Positions 47,289 to 57,400 of a DNA stretch of 64,000 bases are shown here, piece after piece. The position numbers were made by a program, and so were the translations under genes. Numbering within the stretch: the stretch's first letter is position 1; the number at the start of each line of letters is the position of its first letter. The notes beneath the pieces are model-generated. The model did not search any database. It worked only from the letters and a program-made list of their open reading frames with translations, and was not told the origin of the DNA. The DNA is from Patescibacteria group bacterium (GTDB lineage Bacteria > Patescibacteriota > Patescibacteriia > UBA9934): positions 6,277 through 70,276 of the forward strand of contig JBAYHK010000003.1 of assembly GCA_041666145.1 (NCBI GenBank). The letters are read 5' to 3'.

Positions 47289-49205
47289 TTACTGATTCAT
47301 TCGATTCATAAACCACCAAGAAAAAATATCCTTCGCAATAGGTGTGGCGTAGTAGTTGCCGCCACCCTGCTCAACAATAACAGTCACGGCAATCTTCGGG
47401 TCATCAAACGGTCCAAAACCAGTAAACCATGTATGTTCATCACGCCCAGTCGCCCATTGTGCAGTACCAGTTTTACCGGCAACAGGTTCTGAAAGTTCTA
47501 AGAGCGTAGTTGCGCTTCCCCACGTCACAGTCTCTCGCATCGCATCTCGAATAATAGCAGCAACATCCTCTGGAACAATACGAACACCCTCTGGAATGGC
47601 ATCCTTTACCATATGTAATTTCATAAGCATGCCACCATTTGCAAATGTTGCCGTTGATCGATTCATCTGCAACGGCGTCACCAAAAAATCTCCCTGTCCA
47701 ATGGAAACATTATATGTGTCTCCAATGTACCAAGGCTCATTCTTGACCTGCTCTTTCCACTCCTTTGATGGAAGAAATCCGGAAGCTTCATTCGGAAGGT
47801 CTATTCCTGAAGGAGAACCAAACCCAAACACCTTCGCATAAGACATAAGCCGATCAATCCCAAGCCCCTCAAAAGATCCGTTACCGCCTCCGATGATATA
47901 AAAAAATGTGTTCACCGAATCGGCAATCGCCTTATAAACGTTTGTGACACCGTGGCCGGCTTTACGCCAATCCGGAAAAAGTCGACCTCCAAGCCAAATT
48001 CCACCAGTAGAGAGGAAGCTTGTTGACGGCGTAATCACGCCTTCCATAAGTGCAGCTGCAGCATAAACAGGCTTGATTGTGGACCCTGATGGATATTCCC
48101 CTTGTGTTGCTCGAGGAAACAATGGAGCGTTCGGATCATTAAGAAGCGCGCTATATTCTTCCTGAGTAATGCCTCGTGCGAAAAGGTTGGCATCAAAAGC
48201 AGGATACGAAACTAGCGAGAGAATTTCTCCGGTTTTTGGATCTGATACAACAACCGCAGCACGCTTAACTTCGGCCTTAGCAAGATGAACACTGAGCACA
48301 CTCTCAATTGCCGCCGTCAAACCGGCATCTATTGAAAGGACCAGATTTTCTCCATTCATTGCATCTGTTTTTTGCAATGTGCGAATAGTCCTCCCCTGCG
48401 CATCCACTTCCATGACTTCAACACCAGGAATTCCACGAAGTGTAGACTCGTAAACCGCTTCAATGCCCTGTTTTCCTATGCTATCAAAACGTCGGTAGCC
48501 CTTCCCTCTTAATGATTCAACATCGTCTTTCGCAATAGGACCGGTAAAACCAAGAACATGCGAAAGTGTTGGAATATTGTTTGTGATATAAGAACGAGTG
48601 GAAGCTAATTCGATCATAAGACTAGAGTCAGTGCCATGCTCTGACATATATGCTAATGCCTCCATATATGGGACGTCTTCAGCAAGAAGAATCGTTGCGT
48701 CTTCCGCCGCCTCGCTGTAGCGCTCCTCAAAAGTATTTCCATCAATATGAAATGTTGCTGCAATATTTTCGAAATATGTAAAACGCTCCGAACTATCCAT
48801 CGGAATATCCGATCGTGTTGCTATAAGATGAAATTCAGGCGTATTCCAAGCTAAAATCTGTTCATTTCGATCAAAAATTACTCCACGATTTGGAATAACG
48901 ATCTTTGTTCGCGTTCGATTATTATCCGCGATAACACGATACTCATCACCTTTAAGAATCTGCCAATTTCCAATTCGTAAAAAAAATATTGCAAAAACAA
49001 TACACAATAAAATAGCTCCAATTCTTCTTACCCGCTGTGCGGGAAAATTTCCAAGATACGAACCCGTAGAAAGATCCGAGACCGATCGATGTACTAACGC
49101 ATCGTCGAAGGAATCATCAAGCATCCCTGAATCTAAATTCCCGATAGAATCATCATCGGTTATAGAAAAAACTGATCGATTCTTATGGGCACGACGAAAA
49201 ATCAT
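47289..49205 (-). CDS. mrdA: Penicillin-binding protein 2
   Basis: RGVIFDRN, YPSGSTIK (SxxK), SVN, KTGTAQ; follows mreBCD. Confidence 0.95.
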   Translation of the reverse strand: MIFRRAHKNRSVFSITDDDSIGNLDSGMLDDSFDDALVHRSVSDLSTGSYLGNFPAQRVRRIGAILLCIVFAIFFLRIGNWQILKGDEYRVIADNNRTRTKIVIPNRGVIFDRNEQILAWNTPEFHLIATRSDIPMDSSERFTYFENIAATFHIDGNTFEERYSEAAEDATILLAEDVPYMEALAYMSEHGTDSSLMIELASTRSYITNNIPTLSHVLGFTGPIAKDDVESLRGKGYRRFDSIGKQGIEAVYESTLRGIPGVEVMEVDAQGRTIRTLQKTDAMNGENLVLSIDAGLTAAIESVLSVHLAKAEVKRAAVVVSDPKTGEILSLVSYPAFDANLFARGITQEEYSALLNDPNAPLFPRATQGEYPSGSTIKPVYAAAALMEGVITPSTSFLSTGGIWLGGRLFPDWRKAGHGVTNVYKAIADSVNTFFYIIGGGNGSFEGLGIDRLMSYAKVFGFGSPSGIDLPNEASGFLPSKEWKEQVKNEPWYIGDTYNVSIGQGDFLVTPLQMNRSTATFANGGMLMKLHMVKDAIPEGVRIVPEDVAAIIRDAMRETVTWGSATTLLELSEPVAGKTGTAQWATGRDEHTWFTGFGPFDDPKIAVTVIVEQGGGNYYATPIAKDIFSWWFMNRMNQ

Positions 49206-49693
49206 GACAAGGGCTTTAGTGCTATCCGCGACCAAATAGTTCTCTCAAACCAACGAACAAGATTGGATCCACAAAAAAGACCGGGAACTAACAACACCTC
49301 CTGTACAAAAAGCGTTGAATAAGACATCTTCCACACCGTCGAATCTTTTAACCACGTTACAAGTTCATGAGTGACCCCCAAAGTAACAATTCCAAAACCA
49401 AAAGCAACAAGCCCAAGACCAAGAAGCGCATAAAGAGAACGCGCACTAAAAAGTTTTACTAAAAGCACAGGACCAATAAAGGCAATAACGATACTAATAA
49501 TATCGAGTCGAATAATTCCAAGTACGAAGAACCATGCAGCACCCTCTACAATACCGATACGTTGCATGACTAAAATTCCTGCAATAGTAAGAAGTGGAAT
49601 TGCTGCGATCCAATTATTCCATGTCCAAAGAAAAGAAACTTCACAAACAAGAAGTCCCGAAAAAAGTAATGCCAAAAAAAATGCCATTCTCAT
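49202..49693 (-). CDS. MreD-like membrane protein
   Basis: About 5 TM, positioned between mreC and mrdA; sequence divergent. Confidence 0.6.
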   Translation of the reverse strand: MRMAFFLALLFSGLLVCEVSFLWTWNNWIAAIPLLTIAGILVMQRIGIVEGAAWFFVLGIIRLDIISIVIAFIGPVLLVKLFSARSLYALLGLGLVAFGFGIVTLGVTHELVTWLKDSTVWKMSYSTLFVQEVLLVPGLFCGSNLVRWFERTIWSRIALKPLS

Positions 49694-50511
49694 AATGGTG
49701 CTATTTCTGCATATGAAAGCACGAGAACGGCAGTAAAATCTCGAGAATCATGAACGGGAGTCACAGTAGCGACAACAAATGGCGCGTTCTGTTCAGTAGT
49801 AACTGCAGTAACAATCCCCAAAAATAATCCTTCCGGAATCTTTCCTCCGAGCCCACTAGTTACAACACTATCTCCAAGTACTATTCCTGCATCCTGAGGA
49901 ATATAATTCATCGAAACCACTGCGCCCTCATTTCCAGTAATAAGCCCGATGGTTCGTTGCTGACCAAGAATTGCAGCTGGAATTACGCTTTGTCGATCTT
50001 CAATAAGTCGAACTGTCGACTGAAATTCACCTACTTTTGTAATACTTCCAATAAGTAAACCATTGTTTACTATTACTGCTGCACCCACCTGTACGCCATC
50101 ATGACTTCCACGATCAATAACAACTATTGACGACGCCGCTGTTCCTCTAGAAATAATTCTAGCAGCGATGCCTTCTCTTGTGATTCTATTCTCATATCCG
50201 AGAAGTTGACGCCATTCCTCAACCTCATCGGCTGATGCAGTAAGAGTCGCCGCACGAGATGACTGTTCAGCTAATTGCGATAAACATAGATCTCTTTGAC
50301 GGGCAATGCTTTCTTCACTCGCAAAAATTCTTGAAAATGTTTGAGCCGTCACACTACTGACCGCATATACTGTTGATCGCACCGCATGAATAGCTGGCGC
50401 AAACCAAGAGATGGTAGACAAAAACCACAGCACAGCAAGCGTTCCGAAAAATACCGCAAGACGTTGCGCTATTTTTTTTGTTTTCTCTGTGAAATACCAC
50501 GCACGTGGCAT
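49690..50511 (-). CDS. mreC: Rod shape-determining protein MreC
   Basis: IDRGSHDGV, GLLIG, GDSVVTSGLGG..PEGL..G; start MPRAW. Confidence 0.93.
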   Translation of the reverse strand: MPRAWYFTEKTKKIAQRLAVFFGTLAVLWFLSTISWFAPAIHAVRSTVYAVSSVTAQTFSRIFASEESIARQRDLCLSQLAEQSSRAATLTASADEVEEWRQLLGYENRITREGIAARIISRGTAASSIVVIDRGSHDGVQVGAAVIVNNGLLIGSITKVGEFQSTVRLIEDRQSVIPAAILGQQRTIGLITGNEGAVVSMNYIPQDAGIVLGDSVVTSGLGGKIPEGLFLGIVTAVTTEQNAPFVVATVTPVHDSRDFTAVLVLSYAEIAPL

Positions 50512-50521
50512 AGAAGAATTT

Positions 50522-51574
50522 TTATCGGTGACGATCAATGCCTGTTGTAGGAAGCGCAACCTCTCTCAATAAAGCGTCATCATCAAGCAATATCCCACAA
50601 CCACGAACAACCGCGGTTTGTGGATCTTCAGCGATATGAACGGGAATATCCGTCTCTTTGGCAATAGAACGTTCAAGCCCTCGTAAAAGACCTCCACCTC
50701 CAACAAGAGTAATTCCACGCTCATAAATATCAGCAACAAGTTCTGGTGGTGTTAACTCTATTGTCGCTTTAATGTTATCAATGATCGTATGAACAGAGCG
50801 GCTCAATGCCTCACGAATTTGACCGTCATGTACAGTTACTTCTTTTGGAAGACCAGTTATAAGGTCCCTACCCCGCATAGTCATACGTAACCCATCTCCA
50901 AAATCAATAGAACTTCCTATTTTACATTTCACCTCTTCCGCTATTCGTTCACCAAGAAGGATATTAAAAACATCACGTGCATATTGCAAAACATATTTCG
51001 TCATTTCATCTCCAGCAATAGTAAGAGACTTCCAAGTAACAATTCCAGAAAGTGATATAACAGCTATCTCAGTTGTTCCGCCGCCAATGTCGACAATCAT
51101 GCTTCCAAGAGAGTCTTCAATTGGAAGACCTGCGCCAAGAGCGGCGGCAATGGGCGCCTCAACGAGAATAACTTGACGTGCTCCTCCAGCCAAAGCCGCA
51201 TCCTCGACTGCCTTACGTTCAACCTCAGTAATTTCCAAAGGAACGCTCATTACGATTCGAGGACGAGGTACAAAAGTGAACGCCTCATCATGAATCTTGT
51301 CTATAAAATACTTCAACATTTTTTCTGTCACTTCGAAGTCAGAAATAACCCCTTTTACAAGTGGTCTTGTAATTTGAATATGTGGGGGAGTTTTTCCGAG
51401 CATGTCTTTCGCAGTTTTTCCTACTGCAAGAATATGGTTCGTCCTCGTATTAACCGCAACAACAGATGGCTCATTCATTACTATGCCTTTTCCACGAACA
51501 AAAACACGTGTTGCCGACGTGCCAAGATCAATACCAATATCTTCCGAAAACTTGCCAAAAAACCTATTAAACAT
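50522..51574 (-). CDS. mreB: Rod shape-determining protein MreB
   Basis: IGIDLGT, NEPSVVA, GVISDF, VDIGGGTTE, TPPEL, GGGLL. Confidence 0.97.
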   Translation of the reverse strand: MFNRFFGKFSEDIGIDLGTSATRVFVRGKGIVMNEPSVVAVNTRTNHILAVGKTAKDMLGKTPPHIQITRPLVKGVISDFEVTEKMLKYFIDKIHDEAFTFVPRPRIVMSVPLEITEVERKAVEDAALAGGARQVILVEAPIAAALGAGLPIEDSLGSMIVDIGGGTTEIAVISLSGIVTWKSLTIAGDEMTKYVLQYARDVFNILLGERIAEEVKCKIGSSIDFGDGLRMTMRGRDLITGLPKEVTVHDGQIREALSRSVHTIIDNIKATIELTPPELVADIYERGITLVGGGGLLRGLERSIAKETDIPVHIAEDPQTAVVRGCGILLDDDALLREVALPTTGIDRHR

Positions 51575-51629
51575 AAGTCGATGGCATGTTCCCATACCAT
51601 ACCCATTCAAACCATATCCCTGTCCACAC

Positions 51630-52019
51630 CTAAATCTCTCGATTCTCTTGAGAAATACTTAAAAGAAGGAATTCGACAAGAACAATAAGAAGAACGAGAA
51701 GAACCATTGTTCCAAAGGAAAAAAGCTCCTTTGAAAGAAGAACTAAACATGCAATAAATAGGCCGGAAAAAAGTATCCCCTGTCGAAAAGAACGCGCGAC
51801 TGCATGGTCGATCTGTCTGTCAGGATATTTCCATGCTCGAAGCGTCGTGCCTATCATCGTAGATAGCCCCGCGATTCCTGCTCCGAGTGTAAGATAAAAA
51901 ATGAAGTACGCTAAAAATCCTGCAGTAACAGGATCTATTGCGATCATTACAATGCACCATGCGGAAATACTAATCGCAGTTCCAAGCGCAAGAACTACAA
52001 GATACTGACGAAGAGTCAT
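51630..52019 (-). CDS. Four-TM hypothetical membrane protein
   Basis: Hydrophobic helices, IDP and SFRQG motifs; TATAAT 9 nt upstream. Confidence 0.75.
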   Translation of the reverse strand: MTLRQYLVVLALGTAISISAWCIVMIAIDPVTAGFLAYFIFYLTLGAGIAGLSTMIGTTLRAWKYPDRQIDHAVARSFRQGILFSGLFIACLVLLSKELFSFGTMVLLVLLIVLVEFLLLSISQENREI

Positions 52020-52036
52020 ACAGAGAAAATTATACC

Positions 52037-52375
52037 TTAAAACTTTCCTCGTTCTATTTGTACTCTCGGAGTTACTGTAAAAATTTCTACTTCTGGTACC
52101 TCCTCTTTCATTTCAGTAATAATTTTAGAGGCCATTCCATCAATATCATATGACGCTCCTGCATTGTTGCACCCAATAACAAGCGTACCGTTTAAAAAAC
52201 TTATTGCACGAACGTCCTTACGAAGCTGCGTATCACCGAGCAAGGCATCAAGAACATCATTCGCTCGATCGATAATTATCGCCGCTGCAACCTGCTTCGC
52301 AACTCCATGTCTTCGAAGTGTGCCCTCGAGTAAACTTCCAATTTTTGTTAATGATGCTCGTCTAAGCTTTGGCAT
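52037..52375 (-). CDS. DciA (DUF721) family protein, putative helicase loader
   Basis: Size and pattern IGSLL...A..I...A....L...VRAISFLNGTLVIGC; overlaps the UvrD stop by 14 nt. Confidence 0.65.
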   Translation of the reverse strand: MPKLRRASLTKIGSLLEGTLRRHGVAKQVAAAIIIDRANDVLDALLGDTQLRKDVRAISFLNGTLVIGCNNAGASYDIDGMASKIITEMKEEVPEVEIFTVTPRVQIERGKF

Positions 52376-55295
52376 AAGGACAAATGTCTTTAAAATCACA
52401 GTATTGGCAATGAGGTCCTGGCGTTGCCTCAAAAAGGGATGTGCGAATCTGTTCCATGGTAGCGTGAATTTGCATCTTTAACTTTTCTCTATCTTTATCT
52501 GTTGGTTCAAAACTCACTGCAGTATTTGACTCGACGTAATAGAAAGATAATTTCTTCACAACGAGTGGAGGAGTAAAACTTTCTTCAGCTGCAATAGCAT
52601 AAAGTACCAGCTGCCGACGGTCATCCCACTCTAGCTTAACTTTCGGTGTTCCAGTTTTATAATCAACAATCTCCACACCTCCCTCAACATCATCGATTCT
52701 ATCTATTCTTCCCTTCACGAGAACATCACCAACCTTGAGTGTAAAACCTTTCTCTAGAAATTTTGGAGACGGCGGATTCAAAGCCATGATCGCAAAATAT
52801 TCTTTAAGGTATTTCTGTCCACGCTCTTTGTAATCGTCTCGCGTTGCAGAATCTGGATACCACTCATCAATCCAGGCGGCATCATACATTTCCATAAATT
52901 CATGGAGTGATGGCTTTGTAATCTGATGCAACTCTGAATCAAAGAGCGATGCCTGCATTGCTATCTTATTCGCAATAATCCGTTCCATATATCGCTGTAA
53001 CGTGTTATGCATCGATTTCCCAAAACTCATTTGATGTTTTCCATAAGATGGAACTCCAATAATGTGCGCATATTTATATTGTTGAGGACAAGACGAAAAG
53101 GCAGCAATTTGTGAAAAGCTTATTTTGTCTGGAATGTGGATTTGCGCATCGCCTTTACGATCTGGTTTTGAATCTCCGGAAAGTCTTGAAGCGATTCGTT
53201 CATATCCAGATGCAACAACCGCTGACGTGAAACCTAGTTCCGCGAGAAAACGGGAAATCTTTTTCTTTCTTGCGCCACCGTAGTCATCCGCGCTCATGAG
53301 ATAAAGGCCTTCCTTTGCTCTTGTTATTGCCACATAAAATAACCGACGCTCTTCTGCAATATGGTCATCGAGCGCCTCATTCTTTTCTAATAAACCCAAC
53401 GGAAAATCGAATGCACTTGATCGGCTAACGCTCGGAAAACGCTGTTCAACAAGATTGACTACGAATACGTATCGAAATTCCAAACCTTTTGATCCATGCA
53501 CGGTCATAACAGAAACGACATCCGGTCCGCTCTCCGGATCTTGCGCAATCGCACCCCCCTCTCCTGCCGCACGTTCGGCGTCAAACTCTTCTAAAAATTT
53601 TGACAAAGTCACATCATCATTCGTCACACTGAATCGTTTTAAGCGAGCAAGAAACTTTTGCAACTGACGATAAAGCTCCTGTTGCTCTTCTTCAGAAAAC
53701 ATTTGACAATCACCTAAAATACCAGACTCTTTAACAATGGCAACAAAAAGTTCAACAATGGGAAGTCGCTTTGCACGATCTCGAAGTTTTCCAATTGTTG
53801 AAACAATATCCAATATACTATTTCGTCCTTCCATGCTTATTCCCGCAGCGTCCGCATAAGTCAACAGGTCAAAAAGAGACATTCCTTTGCGCTTTGCATA
53901 AAACATTAAGCTCGCAAGATCTGATTGCGAGAGGCCAAGTCTTGGATGTGAAAGAACTCGATAAAGCGAAGGACTGTCATGCGGTGTGTTGATCACACGG
54001 AGATACGCAAGAACATCAAGAATGATTGGTTTTGAGTACAAGCCAGATAACGCCATGAATCGAAAAGGGATTCCTGCATATTCAAGCGCCTCAAGAAATG
54101 GATCTGCATGGTCATTCCCACGAACGAGAATGGCAAAGTCGCTCCATGCAACTTCATTCTCATTATGAAGTTTTGTGATGATCTCGATAGTATTCTCAAC
54201 TTCATCCTCAAGTGTTGCCGCATGAATATGGCAGACCTCGCCAAGATATTCGGTGTTTGACTGAAGTTGTTTCGACAAACCCTCTGTAATCTCTAATCGA
54301 TGCGGATTATTTCCAGCTATCGATGTATATGCGTAATCGAGAATAACTTTTCCGCTTCGATAATTCTGAACAAGAACAATCTTCGCAGTATTCGGATAGT
54401 CCTCTCTAAATCGTAAAATATTTGCTAACGCCGCACCTCGAAACTTATAAATTGCCTGATCATCATCGCCAACAATTGTAAGATTATTTTTTGGCGCAGC
54501 AAGGAGTCTTACCAATTCATATTGCACGCTATTCGTGTCTTGGAATTCATCAACAACAATGTACTTATATTGCTCCCGATACTTCGCAAGAATGTTCGGG
54601 CGAGTTTTTAAAAGTTCGACTGAATATGCTAAAAGATCGCCGAAATCAAGAGCATCTTCAGCAAGAAGAATTTCTTGATACTTCTTATAAGCAAACGCAA
54701 TCTCGCGATGCTTAGCAAACTCTAGCCGCTCTTCTTCTGGCATTGCTGCAAATGCTACAGGATCTCTTTTTTCAGCATCATTGATCAGCCTTTCTACGTG
54801 ATCTATATAGTGCTGTGGCGAAATGGTCTCGTCTTTTGCGCGAGAAAAATGACTAAGAAGCAATCGAAAAAACTTTGTTGGATTACCGCGCGGACGATAA
54901 TAATCTAACGCGAAATCTGAAAGATGACGGCGCATAAGAAGCCACGCGTCAACTTCTGACACAACAACAAAGTCTTGGGGAAGCCCTATGTCGACACCAT
55001 GCTCTCGAAGCATTCGTTCACAAAATGCATGAAATGTGGAAATTGAAAGATCGACGTACCCCATTGGCAAAAGAACGTCAACACGTTCTTCCATTTCATT
55101 CGCTGCCTTCTCAGTAAAAGTAAGGGCAAGAATCTGGTTCGGAGTAGCCTTCCCTTCTGCAATAAGCCAAGCAATGCGCTTTGTAATCACCGTGGTCTTT
55201 CCAGTTCCTGCACCTGCAATGATCATGAGCGGTCCTTCGCCATGAATTACCGCTCGTCGTTGCTCATCATTTAAACCTTGAAGAAGGTTAGACAT
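52362..55295 (-). CDS. UvrD/PcrA-family helicase fused to a C-terminal PD-(D/E)XK nuclease (AddA/AdnB-like)
   Basis: AGAGTGKT, TFTEKAA, VDEFQD, VGDDDQAIY, NYRS, TVHGSKGLEF, EERRLFYVAITRA; GRIDRID...IVDYKTG; CP...C-x2-C-x5-C. Confidence 0.93.
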   Translation of the reverse strand: MSNLLQGLNDEQRRAVIHGEGPLMIIAGAGTGKTTVITKRIAWLIAEGKATPNQILALTFTEKAANEMEERVDVLLPMGYVDLSISTFHAFCERMLREHGVDIGLPQDFVVVSEVDAWLLMRRHLSDFALDYYRPRGNPTKFFRLLLSHFSRAKDETISPQHYIDHVERLINDAEKRDPVAFAAMPEEERLEFAKHREIAFAYKKYQEILLAEDALDFGDLLAYSVELLKTRPNILAKYREQYKYIVVDEFQDTNSVQYELVRLLAAPKNNLTIVGDDDQAIYKFRGAALANILRFREDYPNTAKIVLVQNYRSGKVILDYAYTSIAGNNPHRLEITEGLSKQLQSNTEYLGEVCHIHAATLEDEVENTIEIITKLHNENEVAWSDFAILVRGNDHADPFLEALEYAGIPFRFMALSGLYSKPIILDVLAYLRVINTPHDSPSLYRVLSHPRLGLSQSDLASLMFYAKRKGMSLFDLLTYADAAGISMEGRNSILDIVSTIGKLRDRAKRLPIVELFVAIVKESGILGDCQMFSEEEQQELYRQLQKFLARLKRFSVTNDDVTLSKFLEEFDAERAAGEGGAIAQDPESGPDVVSVMTVHGSKGLEFRYVFVVNLVEQRFPSVSRSSAFDFPLGLLEKNEALDDHIAEERRLFYVAITRAKEGLYLMSADDYGGARKKKISRFLAELGFTSAVVASGYERIASRLSGDSKPDRKGDAQIHIPDKISFSQIAAFSSCPQQYKYAHIIGVPSYGKHQMSFGKSMHNTLQRYMERIIANKIAMQASLFDSELHQITKPSLHEFMEMYDAAWIDEWYPDSATRDDYKERGQKYLKEYFAIMALNPPSPKFLEKGFTLKVGDVLVKGRIDRIDDVEGGVEIVDYKTGTPKVKLEWDDRRQLVLYAIAAEESFTPPLVVKKLSFYYVESNTAVSFEPTDKDREKLKMQIHATMEQIRTSLFEATPGPHCQYCDFKDICPYAKA

Positions 55296-55296
55296 A

Positions 55297-56610
55297 TTAC
55301 AGCTCAACAATGAGCTGCGCGGAATCAACAAAGAATTTTACCCCATCCTGCGTTCCAATATACCAACCAAATCCTGCAAGCATACAGAGAAAAACCATCA
55401 CAATTCCAATCGAAATTTTCCAATTTGCTGGAAACAAAAGAACAGTTTCTTCCTGTTGTTGTAAAACCAATCTGATATAAAACATTACACACGCCAAAAC
55501 AAAAACGATGAGCACGAAAATAACTAATGCTGCAAAAAAAGGATGCATCTGAAGTCCGTATCCAATCCCTATCATGGTACTTGTGAATGTACTTGCTATA
55601 GGAAAAAATGCGCTTCCAACAATAAGCAATCCAAGTAATACAGTTGTAATCGGCAACATGCGCGACAGTTGTCGAATGCCGGAACATTTTGTAGTTTTAT
55701 ATGTTGCATGCAACATTCCAGCAATAGAAAAGAACGCAGAAGCAAGAATAGCGACCGCTGCAAGATGCATTAATGCAGGAATCGTACCAGCGAATCCAAA
55801 TCCGCTCATACAAAGAATAAGACCGACGTGAAAACAAGAAATCTCGAAAAAGAATTTCTTGTAATTATTCTGACGCAAAAGAGAAAACGCAAAAATAAAA
55901 AGTGTAATAAGGCCAAATATCATAAGTACCTTTCCAGTCCACACTCCGCCATCAGCAAGCGCGACGTCTACGATCTCTCGACAACGAAGAATGCCAAAAA
56001 CGCCAACAAGCATGGACATTGGACCAATAAGCGCAACAAGAGGAGAGAGCATCTTGCTGTAAAGCTCAGAAAGACCAAAGTGCATCGGAGCGATACCAAT
56101 CGAAACGCCAAAACCTAAAAATACAAGAACAAAAGCAGACTGCACCTGCCAAGGCGCAAAACTACCAACAACGTCCATGATTGAAGAGATCATCCCTGCC
56201 TCCATGATCGATACACCATGTTGCATCGCAACAATTTTTAATATTCCGACACCGACACCACCTATGATCGCTCCAAAAGCAGCACGTATTCCGAATCGAC
56301 GAATAAGTTCTTTTGTATTGTTTCTTTCGTGAAGAACGAGGCTAGCCACACCGACCGCACTCAATCCCTGAATGCTGAGCCACAACAATCCCAAATGGTT
56401 CGCCATCAACCCGATCGCTCCAAAAATAATTGATGCAACAAGAAGGCCAATTGCATACTTCTGACGCTTTGGTGACAAGGTCCCTGTTTTTACTTCATTC
56501 TGAAAAACATTCACGCTCATCAATACACCAGCAACTGTAATAACAGCGGCAACCCCAAGCATGAATAAAGTCAGAACATCTGTATTCCAAAGCTCAAGAA
56601 AATAGTTCAT
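55297..56610 (-). CDS. HyfF/NuoM-like antiporter-type membrane subunit, degenerate
   Basis: NEVKTGTLSPKR, ANHLGLLW, FLGFG..IGIAPMH, SPLVALI, QNNYK, HVGLI, ALMH resemble HyfF; charged axis residues replaced. Confidence 0.75.
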   Translation of the reverse strand: MNYFLELWNTDVLTLFMLGVAAVITVAGVLMSVNVFQNEVKTGTLSPKRQKYAIGLLVASIIFGAIGLMANHLGLLWLSIQGLSAVGVASLVLHERNNTKELIRRFGIRAAFGAIIGGVGVGILKIVAMQHGVSIMEAGMISSIMDVVGSFAPWQVQSAFVLVFLGFGVSIGIAPMHFGLSELYSKMLSPLVALIGPMSMLVGVFGILRCREIVDVALADGGVWTGKVLMIFGLITLFIFAFSLLRQNNYKKFFFEISCFHVGLILCMSGFGFAGTIPALMHLAAVAILASAFFSIAGMLHATYKTTKCSGIRQLSRMLPITTVLLGLLIVGSAFFPIASTFTSTMIGIGYGLQMHPFFAALVIFVLIVFVLACVMFYIRLVLQQQEETVLLFPANWKISIGIVMVFLCMLAGFGWYIGTQDGVKFFVDSAQLIVEL

Positions 56611-56617
56611 ACAAAAA

Positions 56618-57400
56618 TTAAGATCCTAAAGACCAAAGAGTCACCGCTATTGCTGCAAAGCTACAAAGAATACTGAACCCAACAAGCCGTCGTGTAACAA
56701 AAGCTGGAATGTGCTTCCATGCAATGTGAATAAGATCGAAACCTAATGCGACAATAAACATCTTTGCTATAAGAATTCCAACAGTTTGCAAAACAACAAT
56801 ATTCGATGGAACATCGAAAGTTTTCAGCGCCTCAGTTGGTACAAGAAAGTTGGCAAGAAATAATCCGATCGTTACCGTGGCAATAACGCGCACATCGACA
56901 AGCTCTACGCGCTCTAAATCTTTTGACTCTCGAAGGCTGAGAACAATGAAAATCATTGCAACCGCAAGAAGAATGAATTGAACATCCCATGCTCCGGAAC
57001 TAGCCAAGAAGAAAAGCGAGCTGTTCGCACTTCCTGTTGTAATAGCGAGAGCCGACAAAACAACACCAAAAGCCCCAATAGAACGAAGGAGAATTGATCG
57101 AGGATCGATCATAACGACTGCACCTCCAAAAAGAGCAAGAAGGGCAAGAAGGCTCATTAAGTTACCGTCAGTTTCCGACAACCCAAACAGTCCAAACAAC
57201 GGGAGCATCGCAATCACAATCAAAAATGTACCAAATGCTACAGCTGACCATGGATTATTGCTCCGCGTATATGAAAACCATGGAAATTTCCACTCTTTCC
57301 TTGAGACAACATTGATAATCGAGGTTCCAATTTCTGCACAAATTGGCGCAATGGCTACAACTAAAGCTATCTGAAGCAAACTTAATTCAATAGAGGTCAT
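56618..57400 (-). CDS. HyfC/HycD/NuoH-like membrane subunit, loops shortened
   Basis: LLQIALVVAIAP, LAITTGSANS, LFLANFLVP, IAKMFIVA pattern; lies between hyfB- and hyfF-like genes. Confidence 0.6.
   Translation of the reverse strand: MTSIELSLLQIALVVAIAPICAEIGTSIINVVSRKEWKFPWFSYTRSNNPWSAVAFGTFLIVIAMLPLFGLFGLSETDGNLMSLLALLALFGGAVVMIDPRSILLRSIGAFGVVLSALAITTGSANSSLFFLASSGAWDVQFILLAVAMIFIVLSLRESKDLERVELVDVRVIATVTIGLFLANFLVPTEALKTFDVPSNIVVLQTVGILIAKMFIVALGFDLIHIAWKHIPAFVTRRLVGFSILCSFAAIAVTLWSLGS

Noticed and set aside
52362-53130. Cas4-like Fe-S PD-(D/E)XK nuclease suggesting a CRISPR system
   Set aside because: It is the C-terminal domain of a UvrD helicase; I saw no cas genes and no repeat-spacer array anywhere in the window
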